A stretch of 62,500 nucleotides of DNA, counting the filler, from Globobulimina sp. (Eukaryota): NCBI GenBank assembly GCA_003354225.1. It is 16 parts of 16 records of this genome, joined end to end, with 100 filler letters (N's around TTAATTAATTAA, not from the genome) between each part and the next. Parts side by side here need not be neighbours in the genome. Positions count along the whole stretch, not along the records: positions 46,965 to 50,774 come from PIVH01002058.1; positions 50,875 to 54,683 come from PIVH01002059.1; positions 54,784 to 58,592 come from PIVH01002060.1; positions 58,693 to 62,500 come from PIVH01002061.1; 12 more parts are not named here. One strand, written 5' to 3'. The stretch's first letter is position 1; the number at the start of each line of letters is the position of its first letter. The position numbers and the translations under genes were made by a program. This document shows positions 50,001 through 60,808 of the stretch, in pieces. The notes under the pieces were generated by a model. The model worked only from the letters and a program-made list of their open reading frames with translations, was not told the DNA's origin and did not search any database.

Positions 50001-50774
50001 TGGATGACATGGAGGATGATGATGATAAACACGACGAAGAGGAGAAAGAAGCAATGGAAGTGGCAGTGGGAAAGAATGACATTTCGTTGCGAGAATATTT
50101 ACGCGAACATACGTTGAAACTTATAAATTTATGCTCCGATCTATTATCGCAAGTAGATCCATCGTTGATTGATGCGGAGATAACGGAAATAAAATCCATA
50201 TTGGAAGCCTCCGCCGTGAATATGGGTGCCATCGAAGCGTATTTTGTAAAAGATAGCGAATATGTGGACCGATTGAAGGATTTGAAAGAGTGTAAAAAAA
50301 ATCGAGATTTGGTGCGCGGAGAGTACGAAGTTAACAAAAGATTGCGTTTTGATTCATTTATGAGCGGTTTTAGTGCGATAACTAAGAAATTGAAGGAAAT
50401 GTATCGTATGTTGACGTGTGGTGGCGATGCCGAGTTGGAATTGGTTGACTCCATCGATCCGTTCAGCGAAGGCGTGCAATTTAGTGTGAGGCCGCCCAAG
50501 AAGTCATGGAAGAATATATCCAATCTGTCGGGTGGGGAGAAAACGTTGTCGTCGATGGCGTTGGTGTTTGCATTGCATCATTATAAGCCAACGCCGTTGT
50601 ATGTTATGGATGAGATTGACGCGGCTTTGGATTTTAAGAATGTGTCCATTGTGGCGAATTATATACATCAGAGGACCAAGAATGCGCAATTTATAATTAT
50701 CTCGTTGCGGAATAATATGTTTGAATTAGCCAACAGATTGGTTGGCATTTATAAGACAAACAATGCGAGCAAAT
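47016..50774 (+). CDS. SMC4: Condensin subunit SMC4, partial at both ends
   Basis: IDALLFVFG, NNRFLILQGEVESIAMMKPK, GLLEYLEDIIGS, hinge GVLGRLGDLGSID, SVRPPKKSWKNISNLSGGEKTLSS and YVMDEIDAALDFKNVSI. Intron at 47789-47848. Confidence 0.96.
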
Positions 50775-50874
50775 NNNNNNNNNNNNNNNNNNNNNNNNNN
50801 NNNNNNNNNNNNNNNNNNTTAATTAATTAANNNNNNNNNNNNNNNNNNNNNNNNNNNNNNNNNNNNNNNNNNNN

Positions 50875-51016
50875 GGGAGAGATTCGACAAGCCGCCGGTC
50901 TTTCAAATTTTACATTTCTTCGAGTATTTGCGGCGGGACACATGGTTCCTATGGATCAGCCCGCTGCTGCTCTTCAAATGGTTAATCAATTTATATCCAA
51001 TACATTGAAACCATAA
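50875..51016 (+). CDS. C-terminus of a serine carboxypeptidase, family S10 (missing from the ORF track)
   Basis: NFTFLRVFAAGHMVPMDQPAAALQM, the catalytic His motif. Confidence 0.9.
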
Positions 51017-51151
51017 TTAACTTGTAATATTTTATTTTTTTTAAGTATTAATTAAATTAAAATTGTGTAGCCTGACTAGCCTCAAAATTGATCCTCTCCT
51101 TGCACAAGAACAAAATTTCAATATTTTATAATATATCATTTATTAATATAC

Positions 51152-52819
51152 CTATGCATGACACCATGGTCCTGTAAATCCATTGTATTTATTTTCAACC
51201 ATATAACAATGGCAAAGATCATTTGCTGTGCACATTTCCCCGCCAATGTTATTCGGACATGAATTGTACAGAGTATCATTGTTAACATAATATCCTTTAA
51301 TCAATTGATTTAAAGTATTATTCATTTCTTGCACCATATTTGGATATTGACTCGAAAGATCAATATTTTCCGTATAATCATTAACAACATCAAATAAACA
51401 TCCTTTCGAACAATTCATTTTTGTTCCAACAATACCCTTAGACAGAGAAGAAGACGTAGTATTTGGATAAAACACTCCTCCCCATGATGCTTGGTCAACT
51501 TTATCATAATAAATAAGTTTATAATCACCCACAATGACTGTGGATGTATCGATTGGTAATAAGACACGCGGCGAAGTCCCATTACTTCCGCTGATTAGTG
51601 GCCACATATTAAAACCTTCAACCGGCGGCAAATTATGTTTAGCACCATTTTCATCAAAAGGGTCAACACCAACCATTGCGCAAAATGTAGTGTACCAATC
51701 AGCGACGGCAATCATACCGTTTTCAATTTGGCCAATTCGATGTTTGGGCAAATATCCGCCCGAAACAAATGCTGCCATTCGAATGCCGCCTTCCCACACA
51801 CTATGTTTGCCCCCTCTCAGTGGGTAATTATTGCCGGAACAACACGGTAACTGCAATGGTCCGCCATTATCACTCGAGAATATTAACAATGTATTGTCCC
51901 ATAAACCGTTCTGCTTTAATTTGAGTGTTATATTTCCAATAATTGTGTCCAACAAAGTCACCATCGATTCGTAAATGGATCTACAACGATAATTTACATC
52001 ATTTCCATTTGAATTATTAAAGCCAGGATAAACATATGTGTCCAATGCAGAGCAATTATATTCGTCATTGTCATACAAAGATAGGTATTGTTCAGGTATT
52101 TGTTGCGGTGCATGGACGATATGCGGTGTGTACATCAAAAAAAATGGATCCTTTTGTTGTGTGAATGAATCGAGCAATGTGTTTATTTCTTCTTCAAATA
52201 GAAATTCTTCATATTTGGTATTGTTTTTTCCATATAATGGCTGTCCATTGCCCCAGAAATCAACAGTGGGAGTACCATTGCATATAATTTCAGGCAGTTC
52301 TTGTGTAAAATAATCGTTTGCAGCATTTAAATATACCATAGATGTATCATAGCCTCTTCCTGATGGTAAATGTGTTTGTGTTGCATAGCCAATATGCCAT
52401 TTCCCAACAATATGTGTTGTATATGATGCGTTTTTCATTTTTGTTGCAATACAGGTCATATTTTGTGGAACACCAATGGTTGGATTAGGATTTTTGAGTG
52501 AACCATGAGTATAAATGCCAGGCGCACCCTCTGTAACAATATGGCATGGAAGCCTTCCGGATTGAAGTGATGAACGAGACGGTGAACAAACATAATGAGC
52601 GTAATGTCTGTTCAATATTAGTCCTTCATTAATTGCCAATTGATTTAAATTTGGTGTTATTACTTCCGGATTATTTGGGTTATTCCATCCGACATTGCCA
52701 AATCCCAAATCATCTGCGTAAATGAAAAATATGTTTGGTTTATCTTTATCAGAACCTGTCATCGTCATCGAAACGTGCCATGTACAACACAGCAACAAGG
52801 AATATGAAAACGAAGACAT
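51152..52819 (-). CDS. Secreted arylsulfatase B/I-like sulfatase
   Basis: KPNIFFIYADDLG, CSPSRSSLQSGR, GKWHIG, SSDNGG and NYPLRGGKHSVWEGGIR. The signal peptide starts at ATG 52819, not 53026. Confidence 0.93.
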   Translation of the reverse strand: MSSFSYSLLLCCTWHVSMTMTGSDKDKPNIFFIYADDLGFGNVGWNNPNNPEVITPNLNQLAINEGLILNRHYAHYVCSPSRSSLQSGRLPCHIVTEGAPGIYTHGSLKNPNPTIGVPQNMTCIATKMKNASYTTHIVGKWHIGYATQTHLPSGRGYDTSMVYLNAANDYFTQELPEIICNGTPTVDFWGNGQPLYGKNNTKYEEFLFEEEINTLLDSFTQQKDPFFLMYTPHIVHAPQQIPEQYLSLYDNDEYNCSALDTYVYPGFNNSNGNDVNYRCRSIYESMVTLLDTIIGNITLKLKQNGLWDNTLLIFSSDNGGPLQLPCCSGNNYPLRGGKHSVWEGGIRMAAFVSGGYLPKHRIGQIENGMIAVADWYTTFCAMVGVDPFDENGAKHNLPPVEGFNMWPLISGSNGTSPRVLLPIDTSTVIVGDYKLIYYDKVDQASWGGVFYPNTTSSSLSKGIVGTKMNCSKGCLFDVVNDYTENIDLSSQYPNMVQEMNNTLNQLIKGYYVNNDTLYNSCPNNIGGEMCTANDLCHCYMVENKYNGFTGPWCHA

Positions 52820-52890
52820 TATCAGTGCAAACACAGTAGTGACAGTACACACTAACAATTTTTCAATATTGAATAAGTGCAAGCCCTGCC

Positions 52891-54612
52891 ATGTCAATCG
52901 AGATTTTAGTCCAAATCCCATCTGACGATGAAGACGAAGACGAAGACGAGAAAAGTAGTGAACATAAATGTAGTGAAGGAAATGGTTTGGTTCTTGATGA
53001 TGATATCTCATATAACTCATCAGCATCAGCGACGTTTATTCATTATAATAATTATAAGAAACAAACAAAAGACAAGAATGCTGCACTAAATATTACTGGA
53101 TTGGATATATTGACAGCATCACGCAAATCAATTACAAATGGTTTACTTCGTATTGTTTCATTAAATGAATGCGAAATATTAAAAAATAATATTGTCTCAA
53201 TCTTAACAGATAATAATTATGATATTTTCTATGAATTTAATTTATCAGAATTTATGACAATTTTTAACAAAATATCAATATCCGCACAAGACGAAATAAT
53301 TAAATTTTTTAATTTATTTCAAAATGAAAATGAATTATTATCATTTGATTTTCTTTTAAATAACGATTCAAATTTTAATCAATTATTAGAGACAATGCGT
53401 TGTGTCATCGACCCAAATATTGATGATACAAATATTAATAATAAAATAAACCAAATAAATCAATTAAATTATATGCAATACATTGACTATCAAAGAAATA
53501 TTATACAACAACAAAGAAATGAAATGAATGATATTTATAAACCGATCATTTTATACAATAAAGAAATGGAACTCAAAATTGAATCATTATTCGCCGAAAA
53601 TATGAGTTTGAGCGACGAAAATAATGAGTATCGAAATGAGATAAATTTATTGGAACAAGAATTAAAACTAGAAAGAGATAAAATAATTATGAGTCAGAGT
53701 GATGAGAGCGAGAAAGAGAGAGAGCTGAATGCGATATTTTGTCGCAGAATCAGTACGTCTTTGAACCAAATGCAAGAAAATAACCAATTCTTAGAAAACG
53801 AATTAAGTGAAATGCAAACTGATTTAAAATTGACCAAAAACGAGAGTAATACGCAAAAAACCGAAAATCTGCAATTAACGCAACTGAATTATAAGTTAAA
53901 TAATTTAAATTATAAATTGACAAATAAGTTAAAGCGAAAAAATAAAGAAACAAATGATATGAAAGAGAAAATAAATAATATGCACAATGAAATTAATAGT
54001 TTGAAATATGAGTTATTTGAAAAAGGTCAAAATATTGAAAACCTAAATAATTTGTATGCTGACATGCTTTTACAACTACAATTTTATACAAATACAAATA
54101 AAACAATTGCAAAGAACAAAAGTCATCGAAGTGGGAATAATTCGTATGAGTTTAGAGTAACATCGATCCGCTCGAGTGCCACCACCAAACATTCGTCCTT
54201 TGATATATTTAATGACTTATTATTATCACCAAATCATTTGAATTATAATTCAAGTCCGGCGGCATCACATTATACGTTTTCAAATACACCAAATTGTAAT
54301 TATACTTCGCGTAACAATTTTTTTCTTGAAATTGAATCAAATGAATTTAAAGTCGAAATTGAAAATGATAATGAAAAGGATAAGGATAAGGATGATAAGG
54401 ATAAAATAATTGAAATATTGAGAAACGATTTAAATAAATTACAAAATAAATATGATTGTGATATAATTGAAATGGAAATGCAACAACAAAAACTAAAGAA
54501 AAAGAAAAAAAAAAGAACAAAAAGTATTGGTATACAAACAAAACAATTGGGATTTTGGCAACGATTGTTTTCTGAAATAAAATGTATGCCAATTGATGAA
54601 AATTTCAGATGA
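52891..54612 (+). CDS. Low-complexity N/K/E-rich coiled-coil protein
   Basis: 573-aa ORF with long heptad-like stretches. Confidence 0.65.
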   Translation: MSIEILVQIPSDDEDEDEDEKSSEHKCSEGNGLVLDDDISYNSSASATFIHYNNYKKQTKDKNAALNITGLDILTASRKSITNGLLRIVSLNECEILKNNIVSILTDNNYDIFYEFNLSEFMTIFNKISISAQDEIIKFFNLFQNENELLSFDFLLNNDSNFNQLLETMRCVIDPNIDDTNINNKINQINQLNYMQYIDYQRNIIQQQRNEMNDIYKPIILYNKEMELKIESLFAENMSLSDENNEYRNEINLLEQELKLERDKIIMSQSDESEKERELNAIFCRRISTSLNQMQENNQFLENELSEMQTDLKLTKNESNTQKTENLQLTQLNYKLNNLNYKLTNKLKRKNKETNDMKEKINNMHNEINSLKYELFEKGQNIENLNNLYADMLLQLQFYTNTNKTIAKNKSHRSGNNSYEFRVTSIRSSATTKHSSFDIFNDLLLSPNHLNYNSSPAASHYTFSNTPNCNYTSRNNFFLEIESNEFKVEIENDNEKDKDKDDKDKIIEILRNDLNKLQNKYDCDIIEMEMQQQKLKKKKKKRTKSIGIQTKQLGFWQRLFSEIKCMPIDENFR

Positions 54613-54783
54613 ATTTTATTTTATTATTTATTTTAGTTTCTATCTCTATCTCTGTCTGCTTTGTTTGTGTGTGTTAGTTTATTNNNNNNNNNNNNNNNNN
54701 NNNNNNNNNNNNNNNNNNNNNNNNNNNTTAATTAATTAANNNNNNNNNNNNNNNNNNNNNNNNNNNNNNNNNNNNNNNNNNNN

Positions 54784-56950
54784 GCAAAACACTGGATGTG
54801 TTCGCATGGGCACGGTCCCAACATCCCGCACCGCGTAGTCGGTGGCGGCGTAGGTATAGGCACCGGCGGTAAGGTGTACACTGGCGGACAATGGGCGTCT
54901 ACGCCGCTGCACGTGAATGATATGGCGGAATTCGGGTTAATTGCGGCGGAATCGCAGGCAGCTTCACCGGGACATAACACATCGCAGAAACCAGAGCCGC
55001 AATGGATATGCGTAGCTCCTTTGCACGCATCTTTACCGCTACATAAATAAGTCACATCCACCGAGTCTTGCGCGTTAAACTGCGTATTCACACAGGCGGC
55101 ATCGCCCACACACTCCATGATGAGATTCGCGTCGCCGGGTCCGTTGATCACAGAGGTTTGGCAGCCTACTTCCATGCATTGCACGGTGCAGTCATGGCCG
55201 AACGGACAGTTAATGACGGACTCTTTGCATTGCTCCGCTTCGCATTTGATAGTACAGGCTCGGTTGCCGCGACAGCTGCAGGTCACGCCGACGCCTTCAC
55301 AGATCACGATCTCGTCGGGCAAGACCACGGGGATTGGCTGGTTGGGCGTGATGATGGTGGTGCCGCCGCCCGAGCCGCCGGGAGCTGGTGCCGTGCCGGG
55401 CGGGTTGGCGGTTCCTGGAGTGATTGGATAGCTTGGATATGGCGGCTGTACCGGTGTGGTGGGACTGGGCGCGATGGGCATTTGTGCCGTTGGTGCGGGC
55501 GCATTGCTGTTGGTAGCATATGGTTTGTATAGTTTGTGTGCGGTACAAATACAAATGATTTATAGAATAAATATACCTAAAGGCCACAGGTACATTGGCT
55601 GGGCAATTCTGGCCGGTACACTCGAACGAGGCACCAGGCATAGATGAGATACCAGGTAAGGTTATAAAGTCTGCGCCGCCCGTACACGAATCAGGGCGGC
55701 CGTTACAGGCCACGGCGCCTCTTCCGGTTCCAAACTTAAATAACACGCCGCCTTTACAGGCCTGCGGTCCTTCGCACACTACAATTAAATCCGTGCCCTT
55801 CTCGCCGGAAAAGGTGGTCGAGCCCTCGCAAGATTGCCCGCCGATGCAATTGACTTGCAACGATCCGGCGACTGGACCCATCACATTGGCAGCTCCGGCG
55901 CACGCACTGCCGGATAAGCAGTTTACTACACAGGCATGGCCGTGATTGTTGCACTCAATCAAGCCGTCTTTGCACGCATCTGTAGTACCGTCGCATCTGT
56001 GTATATTTGCAATGGCAAATTTAACTCAAAATCCACTCGAAAAAAACATACGTTATGGTACAAGTTCCAACGGTGCCAAATGGACAGCCACAATCACCCG
56101 CGGAGCTGCACGCCACTTCGATATCTCCCACCGGCGGCAACGTGGTGGTGGTGGTGGCACAATCGCAGGTGAAGGGGTCCTGGATCAACGGCGCTTCGCA
56201 GGTAGGCAGGAATAAGCCACCCGTGGTCCTCTCAGGACATCTACATTCGCCGGTGACTGGATCCGGTTCCTGATTGCCGACACAATACACGTTGCCGGTG
56301 TCGCAGGTACAATCCGCGCGCACTGTGCTCTCCTGTATGGGTCTCCCATTCGCGATGCAGGGACCACCGACACTGCCGCTCTCGCACGCGCATTGACATA
56401 AATCTGCTCGCCACGCCAACGGCGCGATGCAGCTGTTTGGATTGGGCGCGAATGAGGGACAGCCACAGCCACATTCGGAGGGTTGGTAGACTTGCGGGAA
56501 AATACAGGATTCGGGGCTGGCGCCGCTGACACAGCCACATGAACAGTCTCCTAATAGGGTCTGCGAGTTATAATTTATGATTTTAGGTTCGGGACAGAAG
56601 AGTGGCGAGGTCGGCTCACTTAATGCGGGGTCGCAGCCACAGTTACAGCCGCCTGCGAAATTACCATTGGCGTCGATGATGGCGTTGATGCGTACTTGGC
56701 CGGCATGGGGACAGGTTGTATGCTGTTTGTTTGTTTGTTTTTGGTTTTGGGTTAGTTTGTGACGGAAGCGTTTTTTTTTTGTATATTTTTGAAATCGCAA
56801 ACTTGGAGTTTGTGTACGCTTTTTTTTAGTTTGTTAGGGTATTAACTTAACCATGCATCCTTCGCCAGTTTGGGCGTGTAGAGGGTTGAGGAATAATAAT
56901 GATACAATTGATAGAATTGAGGAATAGGTTAATGTTGCTCTAGGAGCCAT
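54784..56950 (-). CDS. Secreted Cys-rich repeat protein (CxCxC repeats, CxGxxAC repeats, Pro/Thr linkers), 3' partial
   Basis: Signal peptide from ATG 56950. Phase-compatible introns at 56723-56851, 55997-56051 and 55507-55576. Confidence 0.8.
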
Positions 56951-57277
56951 GATCGTGCGTAGATGTGTTGGATGATGAAAGGGTTTTTTTTGTAAAGAAT
57001 CAACTCAAAATATATTTTGTAAGGTACTCCGCTGTGTATAATTGTCTGAGCATTAATTACCTGTCTCCTTTCTCACAAAACAGGTTCGGTATACAATAAA
57101 TTAAAAATTAGGATTGGTGAATATACAGCTTTGCGTGGCCGGTGTGTTTTTGCATGTTACTAGTATTTCTGAAACGTTTTTACTATTTTCTGATTAGGTA
57201 AGAATTGCAATTTTAATAATTAAACAAATAAGAAATAATAATGAAACAAACAGTATTAGATATAAAACATTTCTGTA

Positions 57278-57898
57278 TTACATGATGCAATTTTGACATT
57301 GATCGTCATTTTTATCAGCTCTCTGTAACATATCAGCGGGATCTGTACCACCTAACGCACGCTGTATTTCTTGATCACTGATATCATTGTGTGATAATTG
57401 ACCTTTGTTTAAATCATCCATTGTTTTTTGTGTAATTGCATTTGCTGTTTCATATTCATATTTTGGTGGATCCTGTTTCACATAATTTTCAATTCTCGCT
57501 TCAACCCCAACTCTTTTAATTTGATCTTCATTATACACAACATATTCAGTTCCATTATCTCTTGGTATCATCACTGAATCATATCGCTGACTTAATAAAT
57601 TCTCAAAAGTAATGCCTTGTTTTCCTTTTTTTGGTACGTTCATAACATTTCCTAATTTCACAGTACATCGCAATACAACTCCCGCCTTCCTTCCTTTTCG
57701 TGCTTTATGTCTGCAATGATCCACAGAAGTCGCGAAATATATTCCAGATCCTGCTAAACCATCTGGTCCTTTTCTCATGTATCCCGAATCTAAAATTGAA
57801 TTTGCTGCCACCTGATCTGTTAAATGATATAATGTCATTATATTTGCATTTAATCTTTCTGCACGTTGCGTTTGTGGATTATTTGAACTATATGCCAT
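57278..57898 (-). CDS. Stand-alone PARP/Gig2-like ADP-ribosyltransferase domain protein
   Basis: H-Y-E triad pattern: TLYHLT, GSGIYFA and TEYVVYNEDQI. C-terminus CQNCIM is CaaX-like. Confidence 0.8.
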   Translation of the reverse strand: MAYSSNNPQTQRAERLNANIMTLYHLTDQVAANSILDSGYMRKGPDGLAGSGIYFATSVDHCRHKARKGRKAGVVLRCTVKLGNVMNVPKKGKQGITFENLLSQRYDSVMIPRDNGTEYVVYNEDQIKRVGVEARIENYVKQDPPKYEYETANAITQKTMDDLNKGQLSHNDISDQEIQRALGGTDPADMLQRADKNDDQCQNCIM

Positions 57899-58024
57899 TT
57901 GACAGATGTTTGTTGTTTTTTTAGGGTTGTTTGTCGCAACTCAACTCGCAATCTGATGAAACAATGAGAAAAAAACTTTTAAGTAGATCAGATAAATGTT
58001 TCTTATACACAAATCCGACACTAA

Positions 58025-58592
58025 TTAAATTGTGAAAAAACATCGCTGGTAGTCCCTGGTACTACTACTTTCAAGCAGATTTGCCGAGGTCTTATCCACT
58101 GGCGGTTCTCCAATCAGACGATTATAAGTTTGCATAAATTTAATATCCCATATTCCTTTTCTTATAAGAGATGCTTTGATTTCTCTCACTTTTTCCATAT
58201 TTCCCGCTTTTGCAAATACATAAAATAATGAATGATAAATTATTTGATCTGCTTCAGACGGACTAGTACTTGATGTGGGTGCCGGTTGCAAGTGTTTTTC
58301 ATAAAATTCCACCCAGCTACTGGCTGCACGTTGGTTTTCTGTTTTTGTTGCATCCCTTGCACAACACGCAACTATTTCGTTTACAGTGAAAGAATCAATT
58401 GGGACCTTAAAATAATCCATTTCTTCAATAAAAAAATGAATAAATCTAAATAATGGTGGATCCGACAACCGAACTGCTTTTAATAATGTATTAAAAGTCT
58501 TAATGTCCGGTCTGACTCTCAATTGCAACATCAATAAATAGTATGAATGGTACAGTTTCATTGTTGGGTCAGCTTTCATGTTATTTAGTTCA
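58025..58592 (-). CDS. Pentatricopeptide-repeat protein, C-terminal part
   Basis: VRPDIKTFNTLLKA, IDSFTVNEIVACC and DQIIYHSLFYVFAKAGNMEKV. Confidence 0.8.
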
Positions 58593-58692
58593 NNNNNNNN
58601 NNNNNNNNNNNNNNNNNNNNNNNNNNNNNNNNNNNNTTAATTAATTAANNNNNNNNNNNNNNNNNNNNNNNNNNNNNNNNNNNNNNNNNNNN

Positions 58693-60763
58693 ATAACAAT
58701 ATGTTTAATTATGAATAGAGAATTCTTCATACCTCGAGGAGTGCTCATACTCTTTAATTCAATCCCAATATGTCTCTCATTTGCGACTGACATTGGTCTT
58801 CCTTTATTTCGATAAATAAAAAATGAAATGCATCCAACAACGATAACTGCAGCAAATGTGATAAAAATAATAAATAATAATATCAATGTATCTGATCTTG
58901 CATCATTGCCATTATTTTGTTCCATATCAAAAGTTGTTTGAATTGCTTGGCCTTCCTCAGAGGATGTTGTTGGTTTTGCTTGTGATGATATTGGATTGTT
59001 TGTTGGTGACCTTGTTGTTGGTGGACTTGCTATTGGTGAATTAGTGGGGATATTGGAGGGATAATTAGTTGGCATATTTGTCGGTGATGATGTTGGCGTA
59101 TATGTTGGTGAATTAGTTGTTGGTGAAACTGTTGGGTTTGTTGGGGACAGAGTGGGGTCATTTGTTGGAGTCGTTGTTGGCGCAAAAGTAAATAAATCAC
59201 CATTTGCCTCAAATGTAATTCTTAGCGACGTGAATGTGACTGGAGATTTCCTGGAGAATAATCCAACGGAACCATGAGTACGTTGAGAGTCAGGATCATC
59301 CCAAGTATCAATGAATGTATTATCCCAATAAATATCAAATGCATTATTCCTTGCCTCAATTCTCAATGCATATTCTCGATCAAATGTTACCTCACTCACC
59401 GCATGGCTGTGTAGAAGCGACCAATTCCCAAATGGCCGATTGATATTGGTATACATGCGCAGTTCATTAAAATCTGCCGTGTACTGCCAATATAAACCGA
59501 TGACATATCCTCGCAGTTCATTGTGCATAATTTGCGAACGTAACATCAATCCAAACCCCCTCCACGCGACTGTATCCAGGTTTTGTTTATCATTAATCAT
59601 AAATTTAGTTTCTAACTTATAATCTGTCCAATTGTTAGAGCTTGCATCCGCACCGCCTATCCATGTAAAGAAATCCGTGTCAATGTAAAAATCGTTTTGG
59701 GTGACAGTACAACTGGAAAAATCCCAATATCCCGAAAGGAGCTCCCAGCGACTTTCATCACAAATATAATTAAATTCGTTGGAAGTATTTGTGTCATATT
59801 GATTTGATGTTGAAACAGACAAATTTGTTACATCGAGATTGGAATTACATGGATTATGGATGGAAATATTGCGTCCCATTAAAATCGGATGTGATTTCAC
59901 GGCAACTTGTTTATGAATGACATGATTTGAACCAGAATGTAATGTTGTTTCGAAATAATTTTGTGTTAAATGGAAGGTATAATGATATGATGAATTCAAT
60001 GAAATATTTGTTGTCAAACTAAAATTGTTGTTTGGCAGTATAGATATTATAGTTTGAAGCTGTTATTATGAATAATATGTACAGATAAATAATTATAAGA
60101 AATAAAAAATATATTACATACTGAATTGGTGTTAGTATCTATAATAATGGTCGGATAGTGCTCATCATTGTTATTTCCAAAATGTAATGTCGATCCCGAC
60201 CCATTTGATGGAACTGATTTGAATATTATGTCAAATTCAATGTAAATTTCGTCCAAAATATCAATAATGCCGATACAACTTAATAATGCAGTTTGTAATC
60301 CGACAGAATCAGTTCTTAATTTCAACGGTTTAGGATAAGCGCATAATGAGCGATATTCATAAGAACAATCCCAATCGTACCAATCACCATAATTATATAT
60401 TTCCGCACAATCATGTCCGCTGTAACTTGGTTGTCCATCAGACCATGGACCATCGCCATCATCTCCGCTAATATCTGTGCCATAATCCCAGTCTGTATCA
60501 TCTGTCCATTCCCAAACATGTTTAGTAACATTATACCTTAATCCAATCCATGCATCGTATTCGTAACCAGTCCATGCATTTTTTGCGTTTAACAAATCCA
60601 TCTCATTATGTATTGACGCTAAATGTGTGTCGTATCGAAATAAGCAGAGACTCTCTGCGTCATCAAATGTTAACCTCTCTTCCATCATGATGTAATGTTT
60701 AGAATTCACAACAAAGATCAATATGCACGGAATCAGCATGTTTCTGCACAAACAAAACTTCAT
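58693..60763 (-). CDS. Type I membrane protein: C-type lectin, ConA-like (DUF1080-like) domain, PT stalk and TM segment
   Basis: CTL motifs HLASIH, AWIGL, WSDGQPS...DCAEI...WYDWDC. ConA-like WTDYKLE...GLMLR...HGSVGL. Intron at 60060-60121. Confidence 0.82.
58990..59185 (-). repeat. Coding xPT(x) mucin-like repeats
   Basis: APTTTPTNDPTLSPTNPTVSPTTNSPTYTPTSSPTNMPTNYPS. Confidence 0.8.
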
Positions 60764-60808
60764 TTAGGTGACAGTGGTTTACTTTACTCGGACATTATTA
60801 CACATTGT

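Noticed and set aside
48082-50689. Multiple long antisense ORFs within SMC4 (also in the formin, GH55 and Cys-rich genes)
   Set aside because: Low-complexity S/F/L-rich shadows of biased sense-strand coding, with no motifs.
52820-53026. N-terminal extension of the arylsulfatase overlapping the opposite-strand gene
   Set aside because: The signal peptide begins at ATG 52819. The extension is the antisense shadow of the acidic start of the 52891 gene.
3818-58692. Regularly spaced TTAATTAATTAA motif about every 3.9 kb (repeat array or nanochromosome-like units)
   Set aside because: It is always embedded in N44 blocks and contig lengths are size-sorted, so it is a concatenation linker. No telomeric repeats at contig ends, and genes are cut mid-ORF.
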